A DNA stretch of 20,000 bases from an uncultured virus (IMG/VR IMGVR_UViG_3300034106_002919) (Duplodnaviria; Heunggongvirae; Uroviricota; Caudoviricetes), in IMG/VR virus record IMGVR_UViG_3300034106_002919; one strand, written 5' to 3'. Both the position numbers and the translations under genes were made by a program. The number at the start of each line of letters is the position of its first letter. Within the stretch, counting starts at the first letter, position 1. Below the pieces are notes generated by a model, which was given only the letters and a program-made list of their open reading frames with translations, was not told the DNA's origin and ran no database searches. Shown one piece after another: positions 17,264 to 20,000 of the stretch.

Positions 17264-18334
17264 ATGAAAATAATTTGGACAAATAATACTAATTCAACAA
17301 TATCTGAAGGTTATGGGTATGCATCACATCATATCTTTAATCAACTTACACAATATCAAGACTTGAACATATGCGATGCAAATGTACAACTTGATACTGA
17401 ACTATCCATGTCTCCTGTAAATTTGGGCTATGCCGTATCCAAGAAGTTTGATTGCGACATTCTAATCAACTGCTCACTACCAGATGCCTATAACAAATGC
17501 GATGGTTATAACATTGGCTTCTCGTATTGGGAGACAGATCAGTTACCCAGAGATTGGGTTATAGAGATGAACAAGATGGATGAGATTTGGACAACATCAC
17601 AATGGGCTAAGAATGTCTTTATTAATTCGGGTGTTACTCAACCAGTCTTTGCCTTTGAATTGGGCGTGGACCCAAAATTATACTATCCAAGTCATCGTGG
17701 GCTTTCTGGCTCCTTTTCTTTTCTTAGCATTGGCTCTCCATCAACGCGAAAGAACTCTCAGATGGTCGTGGATGCCTTTTTAAGCCTGTTTGAAGGTAAA
17801 GAGGGCTATAGATTGATTTATAAAAGTTCTGGACCGCCTGACGCAAGGATTGGGAAAGGATCTGGGAATATGAGGTCGCTTTACGGTCACGAACAAATTG
17901 AGGTTATTGATGATATTTTATCTGACGAAGATTTGGCAAAATTGTATGATAGGGCTAACTGTCTTGCATATCCAACCAGCGGGGAAGGTTGGGGAATGAT
18001 TCCGTTTCAGGCAATTATGAAAGGTATTCCTACGATTTGTACAAAGGCTACGGCTTGTAGAGAGTATGCAGATCTATCTGTTCCTTTAAAGTATAGTTGG
18101 TCAAATAGAAACCTTTTTGGTATATATTCTGGTAATGGGTGTTGGGCTGCACCAAATTTCACCGATTTATGTGATAAAATGCTATATGTAGTTAATAACT
18201 ACAATGATGTTGCCGACTTTACATATAAAAATGCGATGAGTGTCCACGAAAGGTACTCATGGGAGTCGGTCACAAAGGATTATTACAACAGGCTATGTCA
18301 AATATTGAGCAATATAAAGAAAAGACGCTCTTAG
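17264..18334 (+). CDS. GT-B fold glycosyltransferase (GT4-like), paralogue of 9527..10774
   Basis: SEGYG, YWETD, MDEIWTTS, ELGVD, RKN, LAYPTSGEGWGMIPFQAIMKGIPTI, YSW. Confidence 0.9.
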   Translation: MKIIWTNNTNSTISEGYGYASHHIFNQLTQYQDLNICDANVQLDTELSMSPVNLGYAVSKKFDCDILINCSLPDAYNKCDGYNIGFSYWETDQLPRDWVIEMNKMDEIWTTSQWAKNVFINSGVTQPVFAFELGVDPKLYYPSHRGLSGSFSFLSIGSPSTRKNSQMVVDAFLSLFEGKEGYRLIYKSSGPPDARIGKGSGNMRSLYGHEQIEVIDDILSDEDLAKLYDRANCLAYPTSGEGWGMIPFQAIMKGIPTICTKATACREYADLSVPLKYSWSNRNLFGIYSGNGCWAAPNFTDLCDKMLYVVNNYNDVADFTYKNAMSVHERYSWESVTKDYYNRLCQILSNIKKRRS

Positions 18335-18879
18335 ACAAACTGCAAGATGTTGAAGATGCTGGTCTTTTATTCGTAAAGGGTTATAAGTTTTCAGAAATTG
18401 CAGCTTTGCTTTCTATTTCTGTAAAGGATGCGAAAGAGCATGTTGAGGAGTATAAAAAGATTCTCAACCGTCAGGCTGAAGAAGATCCTTACTTCTTAGA
18501 GAAACTTCAGTTTAATACAATTAAAGCCCTCCAAGAGTTTGATCAGATTAGCAAAGAGGCTTGGGAAACAGTTAGTATTGCAACAGATCATGGAATGGTT
18601 GCTGCAAGAATTCAGGCCTTGAAACTTGCTGGTGATATTGCTACAAAGAAAGCCCAATTACACAAGTTGATGGGCGGTAATCAGGCTGATAGTGAATATA
18701 TTGCCAGAATGCAAAGAGCAGAAAGTGTGAACCAGGTTTTATCAAAGGTTCTTAGAGATGTTATTGGTAAGCATCCATTAATTGCTGATGAGGTTCGTAA
18801 AGAATTAGCAATTGCATTTGAAATTATGAATAACGGACAGCCAGAATATGAAGAAGGCGAAGTTATTGAAGATGAGTAA
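18295..18879 (+). CDS. probable terminase small subunit (HTH + helical)
   Basis: KGYKFSEIAALLSIS HTH followed by long helices; lies upstream of the TerL-like ORF. ORF is open from 18259; ATG 18295 preferred. Confidence 0.55.
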   Translation: MSNIEQYKEKTLLDKLQDVEDAGLLFVKGYKFSEIAALLSISVKDAKEHVEEYKKILNRQAEEDPYFLEKLQFNTIKALQEFDQISKEAWETVSIATDHGMVAARIQALKLAGDIATKKAQLHKLMGGNQADSEYIARMQRAESVNQVLSKVLRDVIGKHPLIADEVRKELAIAFEIMNNGQPEYEEGEVIEDE

Positions 18880-19729
18880 AATAACTGACACAATTGATGA
18901 ACTCTTTTATAAAAGATATATGGTCAAAGATTACTCACTAGATGAGTGCATTGACATTACATTTCAAATCTACAACTATGCACAAAATAAGTATCCAAAC
19001 ACAGTAAAAAAACTTCTGATGTTCTCTGGCGGTAATGATTCTCTTGTAATGCTAGATGTTCTAAAAGATCACATTGATTCAGTAGTTCATATCAATACTG
19101 GAATTGGGATTGCAAAGACAAGAGATTTTGTAAGAAAAACTTGTAATAATTACAACTTAGATCTAATTGAAGAAACACCAGACCCAGAAAACTCTTATGT
19201 TGAGTTAATAAAAAGATATGGCTTCCCTGGGCCTGGTCAGCACAGATTAATGTATGCAAGACTAAAAGAAAGACAGATTAGATCTGTCAATAGAAAGTTT
19301 GTAACAAACGGAAGAAAACAACGGGTTCAATTCTTTACTGGTGTTCGCGTTGATGAGTCTTCAAGAAGGTGGAAAACATCAGACGAGATTCATAGAGAAG
19401 GAAGTTTTGTTTGGATTAGTCCACTAATTCACTGGAGTAATGAAAACATGGCTGAATATAAAAAGACAAGAAATCTTCCATTAAATGAAGTCAGCATTAA
19501 CCTGCATATGTCTGGGGAATGCCTATGCGGTTCTTTTGCAAAAAAAGATGAATTTGAGCAAATTAAATTCTTCTATCCAGAAGATGCTGCTTATATTGAA
19601 GAGTTGCAAGAATTGATAAAAGATTGCGATGTTAAATATAAAAAATGGGGATGGAGAGAAGATCACAGGAGAATCAAGAATAGAACTGGTATACTTTGTT
19701 CTTCTTGTGATTTTAATTATGAGTCATAA
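18872..19729 (+). CDS. PAPS-reductase-family (PP-loop) protein
   Basis: MFSGGNDS PP-loop, HINTG, RLKE, TGVRVDESSRR, SPLIHWS, SGECLCG, LCSSC. ORF is open from 18848; ATG 18872 preferred. Confidence 0.85.
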   Translation: MSKITDTIDELFYKRYMVKDYSLDECIDITFQIYNYAQNKYPNTVKKLLMFSGGNDSLVMLDVLKDHIDSVVHINTGIGIAKTRDFVRKTCNNYNLDLIEETPDPENSYVELIKRYGFPGPGQHRLMYARLKERQIRSVNRKFVTNGRKQRVQFFTGVRVDESSRRWKTSDEIHREGSFVWISPLIHWSNENMAEYKKTRNLPLNEVSINLHMSGECLCGSFAKKDEFEQIKFFYPEDAAYIEELQELIKDCDVKYKKWGWREDHRRIKNRTGILCSSCDFNYES

Positions 19730-19788
19730 TTTGAAACGAGAAAAAGCTCCCATAAAGGTTGATTTTTCTTGTAAAGGAATAGGTGCGT

Positions 19789-20000
19789 ATGAGTGATTTT
19801 ATTGGAATGAATCTTAACTTAGAGGATTTTGATAGACTATTAAAACAAGAAGATCTTAATGAAGAACCTGTACCAATTGAAGTGTTTGTACAAGATAAAA
19901 AGTTTCTCGGTTTGCCTCCGCTATCCCCTATTCAATTAGAAATCGTTCGTCATTCCACTCAGATTTTGAAAAAGCATACACTACAAAAACTGATGGGTCA
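19789..20000 (+). CDS. probable terminase large subunit, N-terminus (partial)
   Basis: MSDFIGMNLNLEDFDRLLKQEDLNEEPVPIEVFVQDKKFLGLPPLSPIQLEIV..., open to the window end. The PV.IE.FV...LG...LS..Q pattern resembles TerL N-termini; the ATPase motifs would lie outside the window. Confidence 0.6.
   Translation, partial: MSDFIGMNLNLEDFDRLLKQEDLNEEPVPIEVFVQDKKFLGLPPLSPIQLEIVRHSTQILKKHTLQKLMG

Noticed and set aside
723..17783. Other same-strand alternate-frame ORFs (723-944, 5764-6039, 8817-9119, 10353-10535, 15314-15541, 16918-17112, 17580-17783 etc.)
   Set aside because: Their Leu/Met/Lys-rich composition is typical of off-frame reading of AT-rich genes and they show no recognisable motif, unlike 12261-12644.
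2675..18893. Minus-strand ORFs in the track (e.g. 2675-2896, 12166-12453, 13083-13400)
   Set aside because: They are short, antisense to well-supported genes and show no motifs, so they are treated as shadow ORFs.
19737..19771. Weak inverted repeat CGAGAAAAA...TTTTTCTTG before TerL
   Set aside because: It is A/T-rich with a 17-nt loop, which is expected by chance at this composition.
1..20000. Stop-codon reassignment
   Set aside because: Genes are full length under the standard code, and TAA, TGA and TAG all end genes at tight junctions.
1..20000. tRNA/rRNA genes or mobile elements
   Set aside because: There is almost no intergenic space, and no cloverleaf, transposase or integrase signatures were seen.

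Overview
This window is an AT-rich (roughly 35% GC by eye), densely packed, entirely + strand segment of a large tailed dsDNA phage, with many overlapping stop/start junctions. A WhiB-family regulator and a DnaE-type polymerase point to an actinobacterial host, probably a low-GC aquatic lineage (inference). The replication/recombination module comprises WhiB, DnaB-like helicase, primase, a probable SSB, a HAD nucleotidase, DnaE, RecA, two probable Holliday-junction resolvases, a Cas4-like exonuclease and dCMP deaminase. It runs into the packaging module (probable TerS and the start of TerL). Interleaved is a set of modification enzymes: two paralogous GT4 glycosyltransferases that both carry EX7Q instead of EX7E, two small SAM-methyltransferase-like genes, a C5 DNA methyltransferase, a YkgJ-type Fe-S protein, and a PAPS-reductase-family gene between TerS and TerL. 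The best leads are: (1) a probable gene nested in the +1 frame of the C5-MTase, with its own Shine-Dalgarno, resembling M.EcoHK31I beta-type partner polypeptides; (2) a possible dispersed DNA or virion glyco-/thio-modification pathway; (3) a promoter-microORF-hairpin leader upstream of the second glycosyltransferase. All family calls come from motif recognition by eye; no searches were run.
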